Assembly: GCA_951406725.2 (NCBI GenBank)
Contig: OX597814.1
Span: 49,414,001 to 49,478,000, forward strand
Reading direction: 5' to 3'
DNA: 64,000 nt
Source: Octopus vulgaris
Lineage: Eukaryota
The notes beneath the pieces are model-generated. The model was not told the origin of the DNA. It searched no databases and worked only from the letters and a program-made list of their open reading frames with translations. Of this stretch, positions 1 to 12,199 are shown piece after piece. The position numbers and the translations under genes are program-made. How positions within the stretch are numbered: position 1 is the first letter of the stretch; each line of letters begins with the position of its first letter.

Positions 1-28
1 CAACTTCTTACCTAATTTTCAAATAAAA

Positions 29-352
29 GGAGCACTCCATATGTTATGACGACGAGGGTCCCAGGTGATACGATCAACGGAACAGCTTGCTCGTTAAATT
101 AACGTGGAAGTGGCTGAGCAGTCCACAGACAGGTGTACCTTTATCGTAGTACTCAGGGAAATTCAGCATGACACAGTGTGACAAGGCCGGCCCTTTGAAA
201 TACAGGTACAACTCATTTTTGCCAGCTGAGTGGACTGGAGTAATATGAAATAAAGTGTCTTGCTTAAGGACACAACGTGTCACCGGGAATTGAACTCACG
301 ACCTTACGATCATGAGATGAATGTTCCTAACCACTAAGCCACGCGCCTTCAC
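29..352 (-). mobile_element. tRNA-derived SINE (family 1)
   Basis: Minus strand reads GGCGCGTGGCTTAGTGG (A box), GAGTTCAATTCCC (B box), then GTTGTGTCCTTAAGCAAGACACTT, which resembles the central domain of V/Meta-type SINEs. Confidence 0.75.
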
Positions 353-1207
353 TAATTCTCAAATATATATCACAACGACCAACAAACTAAACACACCTTA
401 TAAAAAGACAAGCTAATGACAAAGAGTCTGTTACTGACAGATGAGAGAACCGAATGCAGTCATGTGTCACATCAGGTACTATCTCCTATCAGCTAAGATA
501 GATGATCAAACCAACCGAATATAAAGAATCTGCAACATTAAGTGAGCTAACTTCTACTAGTATGCTACAAGCTACTGACAATCATTCTTTAATGTCCCCC
601 CTCTCTAAGTCATCCACATAAGCTATCAGTGTAAATGACTAAAACAAACAGCACTTTCTAATGTTATTGTTTTGTTTTTTTTTAACCATTGCATTCTTTT
701 TAAACTTTTAACAGTAAAACGGATAAGGAATTGAAAAGGGACGACTCCTCTTCTCATACATCCTTCATCCCATTTTTGAGAGAAAAGGGATAGTGACCAG
801 CACACTTATCTTATTGTTAAAAGTTAGGAGGACAAATTACATCAATAATAATTTTAAACAAATGAAGAATATTTTCGGATAATGCTCGACAAGCCATTTA
901 CAGCAAATCACTGAAATAAACAATTACAGAAGATATTCAGAAATGACAAATAAAATTCGAAATTCTTTCGGTTTACGATCACAAATTGAAAGTAATTCGG
1001 ACACTTTTTCGATTATTTCTGTGAACCTAATATATTTTCTCTATTTTACCCTACGAATTAAATTTCATATATCATACTATATCATAAATATTCGGATATT
1101 CATTTTCATCTGATAAGTCGTCTTTCATATGCAATCAGACTTCTTATTATAAATCATTCGCACATTGCGACAGTTAAATCAAGTTACGTTCATAATTCTC
1201 ATATCAT

Positions 1208-1336
1208 TCTTTTCTATTCTAAGCACAAGGCTCGAAATTTTGGGGGAGGGGGCCAGTCGATTAGATCGGCCCCAGTACGCAATTGGTAATTAATTTATCG
1301 ACCCCGAAAGGATGAAAGGCGAAGTTGACCTCGGCG
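1208..1336 (-). mobile_element. SINE family 2, 3' fragment
   Basis: Reverse complement of the GCCTTTCATCCTTTCGGGGTCGATAAATTAA core seen in the full copy at 32672-32903. Confidence 0.75.
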
Positions 1337-2149
1337 ACGTTAAAAGTCGGCTGCTTACGAAATTTTTCAGTTTCAATTGCTTCCAGACTGAAACAATATT
1401 CAAAATTAATTAAATGCTTTTCAGATATACAATTCATCCACTTCAGTTTTTCTTGGTACGAGATCAAAAGCACTCAATACCTTAACTGTGTGTATAATGG
1501 TTAATAGAGGAAAAGAATTTTCGCTGGCCATCAAACACAAGGAAAGTAACTGTTAACTGACGAAGTGAGAGTGGAGTTATTAAACTGACCAGGAAGCTAT
1601 CTTTGTTCAATGTATCCTTTCTTTTTAAAGACAGTGGGGTGTGATTTGAGTGACATTTCTTTGTTTATTAGTAGGAGGTCAAGTGATCACATATACTCTG
1701 TCGTTATTGTGGGCTTAAAGAAAAATTATAGGATCTTTTCAGGAAAAGATCCAAATTATAAAATGTAAAATGGGTAGTTTTGTTACGAAAAACTGAAATT
1801 AAGTTGCGAATCTGGATTAGCAATCAACTCTGATCGTTGGCCTGTTTGTTCAGAAGTCACCGACCAGAGATTGAACAGCGGTAAGAAAGGCGACATCTTA
1901 TGACCGAAAGTAGGACGAGGTGGACAGAGTTGGAAGGTTTTTAATAAGATCAGTCTAGACATGTATTACAGTATCCAGGAACTTTATAGCACTCTCTATC
2001 GTAAGAGGTAATTTTTATCCTTCACGCTCAGTTACAAGGCTTGTAATTTTACATTCATTTGTGCCATTGTATATTAGTAACAACTAATTAACTGTTGTGG
2101 CTGAGAAATTAGTCATCAACCTGGATAAAAATAAGAGATAGCCTGCAAG

Positions 2150-2234
2150 AAGTACTTGAAAATCCTGGTAATCTATCAATATCAAACCTTACTACCTCAA
2201 TACACCTCTCATTATTTCATATTACAATGTAAGT
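2150..2234 (+). other. Predicted non-coding exon 1 (3' part) and splice donor of ZNF gene A
   Basis: ctcattatttca...caat|GTAAGTatcattaatatatttta, GT at 2229; homologous to the donors at 16078, 44123(-) and 60014(-). The 5' end is not determined. Confidence 0.65.
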
Positions 2235-2592
2235 ATCATTAATATATTTTAAGTATGACTTGTAGTAAAATGTTTCTCTTCATATTCATATTTCTACTTC
2301 GTTTGTTTCAGTTCTGTTCCCTGTCACATCTTATCTCTTCGTTTTTATTTTTCATCATCTACTTCCTTGCTTAGTTTAAACGCACTAAATCTAGTTTTTA
2401 GACAATATTTTATTCTTTTCTTATTCTTCTAAACCCTTTTATTTTTCGTCCATGTTCTCTTCTCTTGCTCTATCTTTCCGTGTCCCCTACTGCGACGTAG
2501 TTTGTCACACTCTGTACTGTTTCCTTATTTTCATGTCTATGAGATCAAGTTTCATGAAATGCTTGTATGCTCGACTGCTAAACGTTACATAT

Positions 2593-2698
2593 CAATTCAT
2601 GGGCAACCTGCGGCCCACGAATGGCACGCCTAACGAAAAATTGCCTTGACTTTTTTGTAGTGTGGCCCGCTTCTCGAAAAAAAAGTTGCCTATACCTG
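2593..2698. mobile_element. Short hAT-like MITE remnant
   Basis: Imperfect inverted ends (catgggcaac ... gttgcctatacctg) with subterminal GGCCC motifs; no clear 8-bp TSD. Confidence 0.4.
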
Positions 2699-4409
2699 CA
2701 ATAGATCAACAAATGGTGCTATTTCAGATTCGCACCACAGGCGAGCTCATACTGTTCTCACACAAGAGCCGTCACTTCAGATTATTCCGTCAAATGTAAT
2801 ATTTATTTATTCACATTGTTTTCAATCAATTGTGCACTATCTTGTGTATTCGAGATTTCGGTGATGTGATTGTTTATTTTTAGAACAACATTGTAAAGTA
2901 AGTGTGAGAGGCCAGTCCTGGTCAGTTTGAACATAAATCAGGTAGAATATTTCGGTTGGGTATGTCTTGGCTTAAATACTGAAAGGTTGCTCTTTAGCAT
3001 TGCCGAATCCTCTTGCAACAGAATTCATAACACATACACACCATTATTACCCCGATTTCTCTCCCTCTCTCCAGAATTCATAACACATACACACCATGAT
3101 AACCCGATTTTTTTTAATACACACGTGTGCTGCTGAAGCATATGTGTGTTGCTATTATTTCTAGAATGATGAGCGAAGAACACAGATAAACGTATATATG
3201 TATGCAGTACCAACGGCTAGCACACAAGCATCCAACAACTATAACCATGGTACTTTGTATATACATTGGATTCTGTATATATTTATACTATTGTGAATGA
3301 GTATAAAAAAAATTACATATGTATTATAAATTTTATCGCCCAACATACTGACGTCCTTTGGGTATGAATAGTTAGTTCAGAGTGACTTCGCCGATGCTAC
3401 GAATCTAAAAGAGCGCCCGACAATTTACCAAAATAAACAGTAAGAAAATGGGGGGGGCATAAAAAATCGATAGGGATAAAATAACAAGAAGTCATAGAGG
3501 CACACACATTCCATCGACCAAGAGAGACTTGTGCTCTGTTGAAAAAATTTGAGACTATCCAAACCCAAGCATTACATTGAGGTATTAATTATCCCATGAC
3601 ACGACTTTAGAACATCCTCTATTTTGAGTTTTAAAAAAGATATTTCAATAGAAAAATTATTTTTGTATTCTAATAGATATTCTACGATCAGTGTCATTTA
3701 GTAGAATTTTAAATAAGATTAATCCCAATGAAGTATTCGGATTATGTTGGCTTTTCGTGAGCAGATGAAGTTGGTAGTTCATGTTGAATCCCCGTAAGGG
3801 CTGAAACTAGTAATAACGATCTTCACTTTTTGTACACCAGAATCAGAAAGACATTATTATGTCTGTGTTAAAGGGATTATTTTTATAAAAGCTTGTCTTA
3901 TTTTATTAGTGAAAAGCTTCATAGTAGTCTCTAATTACTGCAGTATATTCCTTCATCCATGTTCTTTTGACTCAGTAGAAAAAGGTAAATTTTGGTAATA
4001 CCGGTAGAAAATACTTTGGTTTTTCTTGCATTCTGGATTGCACTTAACCATTTATTTGCATGACATCGAGGAAGTCAGACGGCTAAAGATTGAGCTAAGT
4101 GAAATAATCTATATAGCATTTCAGTGTAGATACGTATTTTTTCCTTAAGTAAGGTGGTAAATATAATTTTAGGATATTGTTGTAATGTTCTGTCGAGCTT
4201 GACATCGTTTCCAGCCTTCATTAGATCCATAGTTCTAATCCATTCCGCATATATATCATAATGCTATATATATCATATTTTACCGCATATATATCATAAT
4301 GCTATTTATCTGTAAATATGTTCAGAGTCTACCTGGCTATTGTTTCAGTACAAATGGTCGAATCTTTTCTCTCTTATAATTTTTTATGTTAACACTTCTT
4401 TCTCTCGTT

Positions 4410-4909
4410 TGTCATATTGTTGTCTTTCGTTGCAGGTTATCACTTGATATTGAAATTAAAATATTTCACTAATGATTATCAACATATTTACCAACTTCTG
4501 AAGACTAAAAGTAACCTTATGAAGCTGATGTCTGCGTGTTTTTACAACTTTTGGTTAAATTGAAGTGAATTTTTTCTTGGCCTTGATATTTCTTGCAAAA
4601 TTCCTACACTGGTGTTTGCTAGAAAATTTTCTTTATAAATGAAATCTGAAGATTTACCATGAAATTTTATCTGTATTATCTATAAGGACTTGAACTTTGA
4701 TATCTGGATATAACTCATTCATTGGAGCTATTTTAACAATCCTTCAGTTGCTGGTTATTATTTACAAAATTATTTCCTAATAATTCAAAGTAGAGTCTAC
4801 TTTAATTCGAAGTATTAGGATAGAATGATATCTCTTTCTTAAGAACCAAGACATCATTAGACTTTAACTGTGATAACACGCAGAGAAAATATAGATTAAA
4901 AGAGAAGTT
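4410..4909 (+). other. Splice acceptor (AG 4434-4435) and 5' UTR part of the coding exon of gene A
   Basis: Polypyrimidine tract plus tgcag|GTTATCA; same motif at 17096, 30091(-), 41020(-) and 58959(-); shared UTR blocks such as gaagatttacc, atatctggatata and gaaaatatagattaa. Confidence 0.7.
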
Positions 4910-6238
4910 ATGGATGAGGAAGCAAAGATTGGGAATATTGAATCAGACACTGAAAATATTGAATCAGATATTGAGAATATTGAATCAGACACCGAGAATA
5001 TTGAATCAGATACTGAGAATATTGAATCAGACACCGAGAATATTGAATCAGATACCGAGAATATTGAAGCAGACACCAAAAATATTGAATCAGATATTGA
5101 GGATATCGAATCAGATACTGAGAATATTGAATCAGACACCGAGAATATTGAATCAGATACTGAGAATATTGAATCAGACACCAAAAATATTGAAGCTGGC
5201 ACCAAAAATATTGAAGCAGACACCAAGAATATCAAATCAGACACTGAAAATATTGAAGCAGACACCAAGAATATCAAAGCAAAGACTGAAAATATTGAAA
5301 CAAACCCTGAGAATATTGAAGTAAAAACTGAGAATATTGAAGTAAAGACTGAGAATATTGATTCATTTAATCAGACAGGAAAAAATACAGAAGTGAAATC
5401 ACATAAATGTGAAGTATGTGGAAAGTTATTTACTACAAGCAATTTATTATCTTCCCATAAATGTCAAGGTAAAACTATACACCACTGTTATATCTGTGGT
5501 AAAATTTTCTCTCAACATAGTCATTTGTCTCGACATGTGCGTATCCATACAGGAGAAAGACCATACCATTGCGATATCTGTGGTAAATCATTCTCAGATA
5601 GTAGTACTTTACACACCCACAAACGTATTCACACAGGAGAGAAACGATACCACTGTGAATTCTGTGGTAAAAGCTTTTCTGGAAATACTGGTTTGTCTTC
5701 TCATAGACGTACACATACAGGAGAAAGACCATACAAATGTGATGTCTGTGATAAGGCATTTTTTACAAGGGCTTATTTGACTCGACATACACGTATTCAC
5801 ACAGGAGCAAAACCATACTTTTGTGAATTTTGTGGTAAATCATTTGCAGATAGAAACACGGTAATTTCCCACAAGCGTATCCATACCCAGGAGAAACCAT
5901 TCCCCTGCGACGTTTGTGGTAAAACATTCTCTGAAAGTAGTAATTTGTCTTGTCACAAACGTATTCACACAGGAGAAAGACCATATCAATGTGATATCTG
6001 TGATAAAGCATTTTTTACTAAAAGTCATTTGGCAGGTCACATTCGTATTCATAAAGGAGAACGTCCATACCAATGTGATATCTGTGATAAGGCATTTTCT
6101 CAAACTTCTCATTTATCTCGACACAAACGTATTCATACAAGAGGGAAACTGTTTCCCTGTGATATTTGTAGTGAAGCATTTTCTACAAATGAGCATTTAA
6201 TTCAACATCAACATATTCACATGGGAATGAATATATAG
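4910..6238 (+). CDS. C2H2 zinc-finger protein A (442 aa): acidic heptad-repeat N-terminus, 1 atypical + 9 canonical fingers
   Basis: Intact ORF with CxxC-x12-HxxxH repeats and TGE(K/R)PY linkers. Confidence 0.95.
   Translation: MDEEAKIGNIESDTENIESDIENIESDTENIESDTENIESDTENIESDTENIEADTKNIESDIEDIESDTENIESDTENIESDTENIESDTKNIEAGTKNIEADTKNIKSDTENIEADTKNIKAKTENIETNPENIEVKTENIEVKTENIDSFNQTGKNTEVKSHKCEVCGKLFTTSNLLSSHKCQGKTIHHCYICGKIFSQHSHLSRHVRIHTGERPYHCDICGKSFSDSSTLHTHKRIHTGEKRYHCEFCGKSFSGNTGLSSHRRTHTGERPYKCDVCDKAFFTRAYLTRHTRIHTGAKPYFCEFCGKSFADRNTVISHKRIHTQEKPFPCDVCGKTFSESSNLSCHKRIHTGERPYQCDICDKAFFTKSHLAGHIRIHKGERPYQCDICDKAFSQTSHLSRHKRIHTRGKLFPCDICSEAFSTNEHLIQHQHIHMGMNI
4931..5365 (+). repeat. Coding 21-bp tandem repeat (ENIESDT), 20 full units plus a partial unit
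   Basis: GAGAATATTGAATCAGACACC-like units read directly in the DNA and the protein. Confidence 0.95.
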
Positions 6239-7774
6239 CCGTGTGGTAATAGATTTTATCCAAATACCAATATATTTTATAAATGAATTTGTTTTTATTA
6301 TATTTCACCACACTACTATCAATGTTTTACTGTTTTATTCGCTGCCAATATTTTATTGGAAATTCCACCGTATCTTTTATATGCACTGAATATTTGATCA
6401 GCTGAACATTTCATATATCCATTACTGCTAAACATTCCTGTCCAGTATCTGAGGTAAAAATTCTCTCCCTGTTGACCAGAATACACCTACATTTTTCATG
6501 TCTTCTATATTTTTTTTGTATGTGTACATGGAGCAGAAGCATTGTCCTACATGTGATCAGTACTCTGAGCTTTGTAAAGGGTCTACTACAGACTAGAACT
6601 GAAATATTTATTGACACTAAAGGTTTTGGAGGTGGAATTACCATGAGTGTTTCCTCAGAAATTTTGAGTCCTCTCATTTGTAGCAACTTTGAGGGTTTTA
6701 GGTGTGTTTTATTCTTGATTAGATATGAAAAGTACTACTATTTCTTTGATATGCATAGTGACTGTACTTTTGTCCCATTGAATGTACTGTGCTATGTTCC
6801 CATTGAAAATCTTCTCAAGGTCTATGATAAGGGCAAAAAATCAGTCTTTACTTCATATCCATATGACAAGTATGTCACCAGGTGACTGGCTAACTTTCTG
6901 AAAATTGTGTTGTAAATGGTAAGCTTTTTTCATTAGAGGAATACAGGAAATTTTAATTTTTTTTATCATACTCAGAACCTGCATCCTCATCAATGTGTCA
7001 TCCTACTAGTGTTGTTACCTGATATAACCGTTGAAATTATCCTCTATGAAGATGATGTCAATGATATCAGTTTTCATCTAGCTTGGACAAAAGTTTCACT
7101 GAACTTATCCTTCTACTTGTCTATTAATCCTATTGGTGAGACTTGAGCACAAATCATAGATGTTTTGATGTTGTAAAATATATATTTGAAATACTTATGT
7201 TATCATATATAAATATATACAGGAAAGAAATTATATCAGTGATAATATATATGATCATACAAATATTCACAAGTTATACTCGTTTGTTGGTATCCTGTGA
7301 TATGTATGATAATACTTTCCATCCTGATTTGAGCAACATAAAGAAATCTCCAAATTACAACAAACTAATATTTAAGCAAGCTATAAGAAAACACCTGCTG
7401 GATGACAATGTACCTTCTAGAACATTCCAATAGTTAACCCATGCTATTTGTGTAACTGTTACTATATATGAGAAAATGCATAGAACCATAAAAGATACAA
7501 TCTCATTAAAATAAAATTTTGAAATATTAATTTGTGTTGTTTGTTTGTGAAGTATATCCAGATGCAGTCCGTAATAAAAGATTTATTAAAACAGTACATT
7601 TGTACAGTGATTGTGATTGTTCAGTTTGCACCTAGATTTTACTGAAGAAACTTATATGTTAATATACAAAGAGCTGTTATTAATATCATTGAGAAACTCT
7701 CATTATGCATGCATAATAATTATACAAAGCTTATGTTAACATACTCAGAAATTATAAATTTATTATTCACTGAA

Positions 7775-8775
7775 GGAAACCCAGGAAAACATGGGATAAA
7801 GTGACGAGGACTGATCTCAGGACATTGGGCCTCACAGAGGAAATGACAGTGGGCTAAGATGTTTTGCAATATGAGGTTCTTGAAAAACCTGCCCATGTCA
7901 ATGAAACAGTTCTAGAAGCACTGTGTTCCACTCACATGCAACAATAAAACTTTTCACACACCAAATTAATCTTTTCCTCATGTCTCTTTCATGCACTATG
8001 CTTATCTCTCTCCCCAATCCTGTCCTCACTGCTTTGCCCACTGTATATTTGCTATCTCATAGTCCCCACTTCCCTACTCAGCACTTTTTTGACAATACCC
8101 TGCCACTTATAACCTCCATACCTTCAGGGTATGCCCTGGTATTTTTCACCATCTATTTCTCTCTTCCTCTACCATCCCATTTATGTTCTAATCCCTATTC
8201 CTTGTGAGTATGCCCAGGCACTTTGCCACCATCTCTCTCCTGCACTCTTGCTGTCATCCATTCTTTCTCTTTCCCTCTGGCTGGGTAACTATATATCTCC
8301 TTTACAGCAGCATACTTTTTTCTGTCCTCATTCTTCATCATTCTCTCTCTCTCTGGCTGGGTAACTATGTACCTTCTCTACAGCAAGACACTTGTTTCTG
8401 TCACACTCTAACTTAAACCTCTCATCATCCGACACAGGATCACCTCCTCCAATGCCCCTCCCCTCTCAAAGGATATTCATCCTGCAAGTTACTTGGTGAC
8501 CCTGCCAGTGGGGTGCAATGTGAAAAGCATCCAGTCTACACTATAAAGTAGTTGGTGTTAGGAAGGGCATCCAGCTGTAAAAGCCATGTCAAAGCACCTC
8601 ACCTGTGCTGGTGCCACATAAAAAGCACTGGGTCCATTCTGGGGAGTGGTTGGTGTTAGGAAGGGCATCCAGCCATAAAAACCATGTCAAACCAGACACC
8701 TGACCAGCTCTTGTGAAACCATCCAACCCATGCCAACATGGAGGGCAGATGTTATACAAACGATGATAATGATTC
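7775..8775 (+). mobile_element. RTE LINE 3' end (ORF end, 3' UTR and tail)
   Basis: ggaaacccaggaaaacatgggat... matches the RTE ORF end (GRPRKTWDEV); tail motif GTTAGGAAGGGCATCCAGC present twice; ends in a GAT-type tail. Confidence 0.7.
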
Positions 8776-10020
8776 AATACATTAATAGTGTTTAAGTGTA
8801 CTTATTTTTCAAATTGATCTATGCTAATGACCTTATGTTGCTCTTCAGTATTTTGTGATTTCAGCAAAAGTGAATGTGAATGAACAACGTGCACACTGTA
8901 GTACTTCTGAAATGTGTTTAGATATTTGGATGACTTTGCTGACAAGCACTCAAGCAATTTACATACTTTTACCTGAGATGCATTGAGTTCAATGCCTAGA
9001 CAGCATTGAACAACAATCCAGTTTCATTAGAGTGATATTGTTCACTTATAAAGTTGAGAGTATTGTTGGTTCTGAAGGCTGGATTAACCTTTTAAATTTA
9101 ACTAAATGGATAAAATGCATAGTCAGGCTGCTTCACAATATCTTAATAGAATGACCCTTAGTCATTTTTTGTAATAATTGTATGTTATCAAGAAGAAACT
9201 AAATTTGCATTTGTCCAAACTTCCATATACTTCCTTATGATTTCAAAATTTTTTACCATCAAGAATAGATAAAGGCTTGTAACATCTAGTACTTAGAACT
9301 CATCTAAGATGCTGAGAAAAATTTAGAAACATTTACCATAGACGAACAGTAGAACCACATGCTCAAGAAGAAAAGATTGTCAGCATTGCAATGAAAAAAG
9401 AAATACGTAGCTGCCTTCTGTTATAGTTGACTACTTCCTCTCTATCTGCATAAACATCAAGTTTGTAACTAATTGGAAATTACTTTGAATGTAGTAATTT
9501 TTTAATCAGGTTGCACCTAATTGTAATATTCTTTCAAATCCTGATTTAATTCAGAAAGTCTTCAACTTGAAATTGGTAAAGACCAACATACACTTCTCTC
9601 AGCCTCTGGTAATGACAAATAATCTTTAATTCTTATGACATGTTTGTTATTAATTGATTGGCTAGCTTTCTAAAGTTTGTGTTGCAAATAGATCATTTAC
9701 ACTGAGAAATACAAGTTTTATTTTTTATTTCTTTCTTTTGTGTTCAAACCCTCCATATTCACATGTTTTGCATTCTGGTGTCACCTGACATGGCCATTGA
9801 AACTACCCACTATGAAAATGATATTAGTTTTTCATGTAACTAACAATGGCTTCATTAAACTTATTATTTTACTTGTCTAATATTCCTACTTGTAGCAATT
9901 GAGCACAAATTGTAGATGCTTCACTGTTGTAAAAGAGGTATTTGAAATACTTCTTTATTATGCTAGCATAAATATCATCATTTTAATCATTGTCATCATT
10001 TAACATCCTTCTTCCATACA

Positions 10021-11165
10021 AATACCCCCAGGTAGATGGCCCTGCTCAAGCTGTAGGAAAGGCGTAGGTAGAAACTCCATAAGATGTAACCAGTGTAAGC
10101 TATGGACACATAAGAGGTGCAGCAATATCAGAGAAAGGTTAACCGGGAAACCAGTTTTTGTGTGTGTAAAGTGCACAGATACAATTAACACAAAAAATGT
10201 TCAGAAAATAGACTCTATCAAATGCCAGGGGTAAAAACTAGAAGTAGTTGATAGCTTCTGTTACCTAGGTGACCAAGTCAGTAGCGGGGGTGGAGGCTCT
10301 GAGAGGTTGTCATGAACAGAACAAAAAACATGAAAAATATTTTATAACAGACTTCATCAATTGCCAGCGGGGTAAGCTAGAGGTAAAAGATAGCTTCCGT
10401 TATCTAGGTGACCAAGTCATTTGCAGAGATGGATGCTGTCAGAATAAGAATAGGTTGGGCAAAGTTCAGAGAGCTCCTTCCTCTGTTGGTAACAAAGGGC
10501 CTCTCCCTCAGAGTGAAAGGCAAATTGTATGATGCCCTTGTGCAAATAGTCATGCTACATAGCAGTGAAACATGGGTTGTGACTGCAGAGAAATGCATAG
10601 GCTTGAAAGAAATAAAGCTAGTATGCTTTGCTGGATGTGCAATGTCAGTGTGCATGTACAACAAAGTGTAAATGTCTTGAAAGAAAAGTCGGGCATAAGA
10701 GGCATCAGATGTGGTGTGCAAGAGAGACAACTGTGAAAAAGTGTTGGTCTCTACCAGTGGAAGAGGGAGACCTGGGATGAAGTGGTGAAGCATGATCTTC
10801 AAATGCTGGGCCTCACAGAGGCAATGACTAGTGAGTGTAACCATTGACGATATGCTGTGCTTGAGAAGACTGCCAAGCCAAGTGAAATCATTGTTTTGGC
10901 AGTTAGTGTCATGTAACTAGGATCCATGCTGGTGGCTCGTGAAAAGCACCTCTTGAGTGTTGGGCTTCACAGAGGCAATGTGGCTGATGCTGGTGTTGCA
11001 TAACTAGCACCTGTGCCAGTGGCATGTAAAAAGCATCTTTTGAGCGCTGGGCCTCATGGAGGCAGTGACAAATGACCAAGACTTTTGACAATATGCTGTG
11101 GTTGAGAAGAACCATCAAGCCAAGTGAAATTGTAGTTGTGGCAGATACTGGTGTCATGCAACTGA
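10021..11165 (+). mobile_element. RTE LINE 3' fragments (two overlapping pieces, disrupted)
   Basis: Translates to WPCSSCRKGVGRNSIRC, DSFRYLGDQV, WAKFRELLPLLVTKGLSLRVKGKLYDA; homologous to 54727-57118. Confidence 0.9.
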
Positions 11166-11239
11166 CACCTTAATAACGGTCATCTTCATTGTAATTTCCC
11201 TTTATTTAATGGTCATTTTCATAGCATTTTTGTTTGTCT

Positions 11240-11400
11240 TAATAATTGATGAGATGCCGGAGCAGACTTCTGCCCCGACATCCGAAACTCTTGAGTTTTA
11301 TTATGATACTTGACTAATTGTTACATATTATAGATGAATTCCTTTATTTACATAATATCAAGGTCTCATTCATTCTTTTGTTATCATATTATTATTAATA
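11240..11400 (+). mobile_element. Penelope-like fragment with hammerhead-like motif (11240-11303)
   Basis: taataa-TTGATGA-stem II-cGAAA-ctcttgag-TT-ttatta; its 3' part (ttcctttatttacataatatcaaggtctc) is shared with 46386-46700; followed by (TA)n. Confidence 0.6.
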
Positions 11401-12199
11401 TATATATATATATATATATCAATTTAAAATAATAAGGGTGAAAAATTTAATATTAACTTGATTAATATCAATTTAAAACCAGTGGTCAAGCATATTTAAT
11501 ATCAATTTAAAACTTCAGATTATATATATATATACACACACATACTAGCTGATTAATCCATCAGTGCCAGGTAATTTTCTCAACAGAATGCTTTGGCAGA
11601 CTTTTGGAACAGCACACCCACTTACATTGGATTTTCTGTCTTGACAGGAGTTTTTCAATTTTTTTCCCCCCACACTTTTGCAAATGATGGGTGGTGAGGA
11701 AGCTTTTTATGAAAAAAGTTTTGAAAATTTATGAATTTTTTCACCCCCACCCCCACTCAGTACCATCTTTGGCTAATATTAAAATTTTTTTTTTACACTA
11801 TGCACTTAAAAATGATGGGAGAAGCCTTGAAGGTTGCTCAAGAGTAAGCTAATGATAACCTGATTTTTTGTATCATATACTTCTTTCATGAATACCAAGA
11901 TACTTTTGATGTTTATTGAAGAGTTATGAATGGTATTGGACTACCTCTTAGGGCTTAGTATATATGGAAAGCTTCTTCAAATGTTGGTAAAGTGTTCAAT
12001 GGAAGTGACAGATTTATTTTCATGGAAGATCAGTGAGAAATCTATTAACATTGTAAGAACATTTCACCATAAAGCTTACTACATATAATGAAGTCTTCTT
12101 GTTTGTCTATTATCATCATCATCATTTAATGTCTGTTTAACATGCTCTGGAACTTCTGGAGCTCTCACAGCCTTATTTGACCCTCACAATTTGGATTTA

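Noticed and set aside
4864-5324. ORFs 4864-5277(-) and 4914-5324(+) with repetitive peptides
   Set aside because: Alternative-frame shadows of the 21-bp coding repeat
4931-5365. CRISPR-like regular repeat
   Set aside because: Contiguous in-frame units with no unique spacers, eukaryotic context, no cas genes
11545-11800. Possible second Helitron 3' end (actagc...)
   Set aside because: Hairpin degenerate and no matching 5' TC end located
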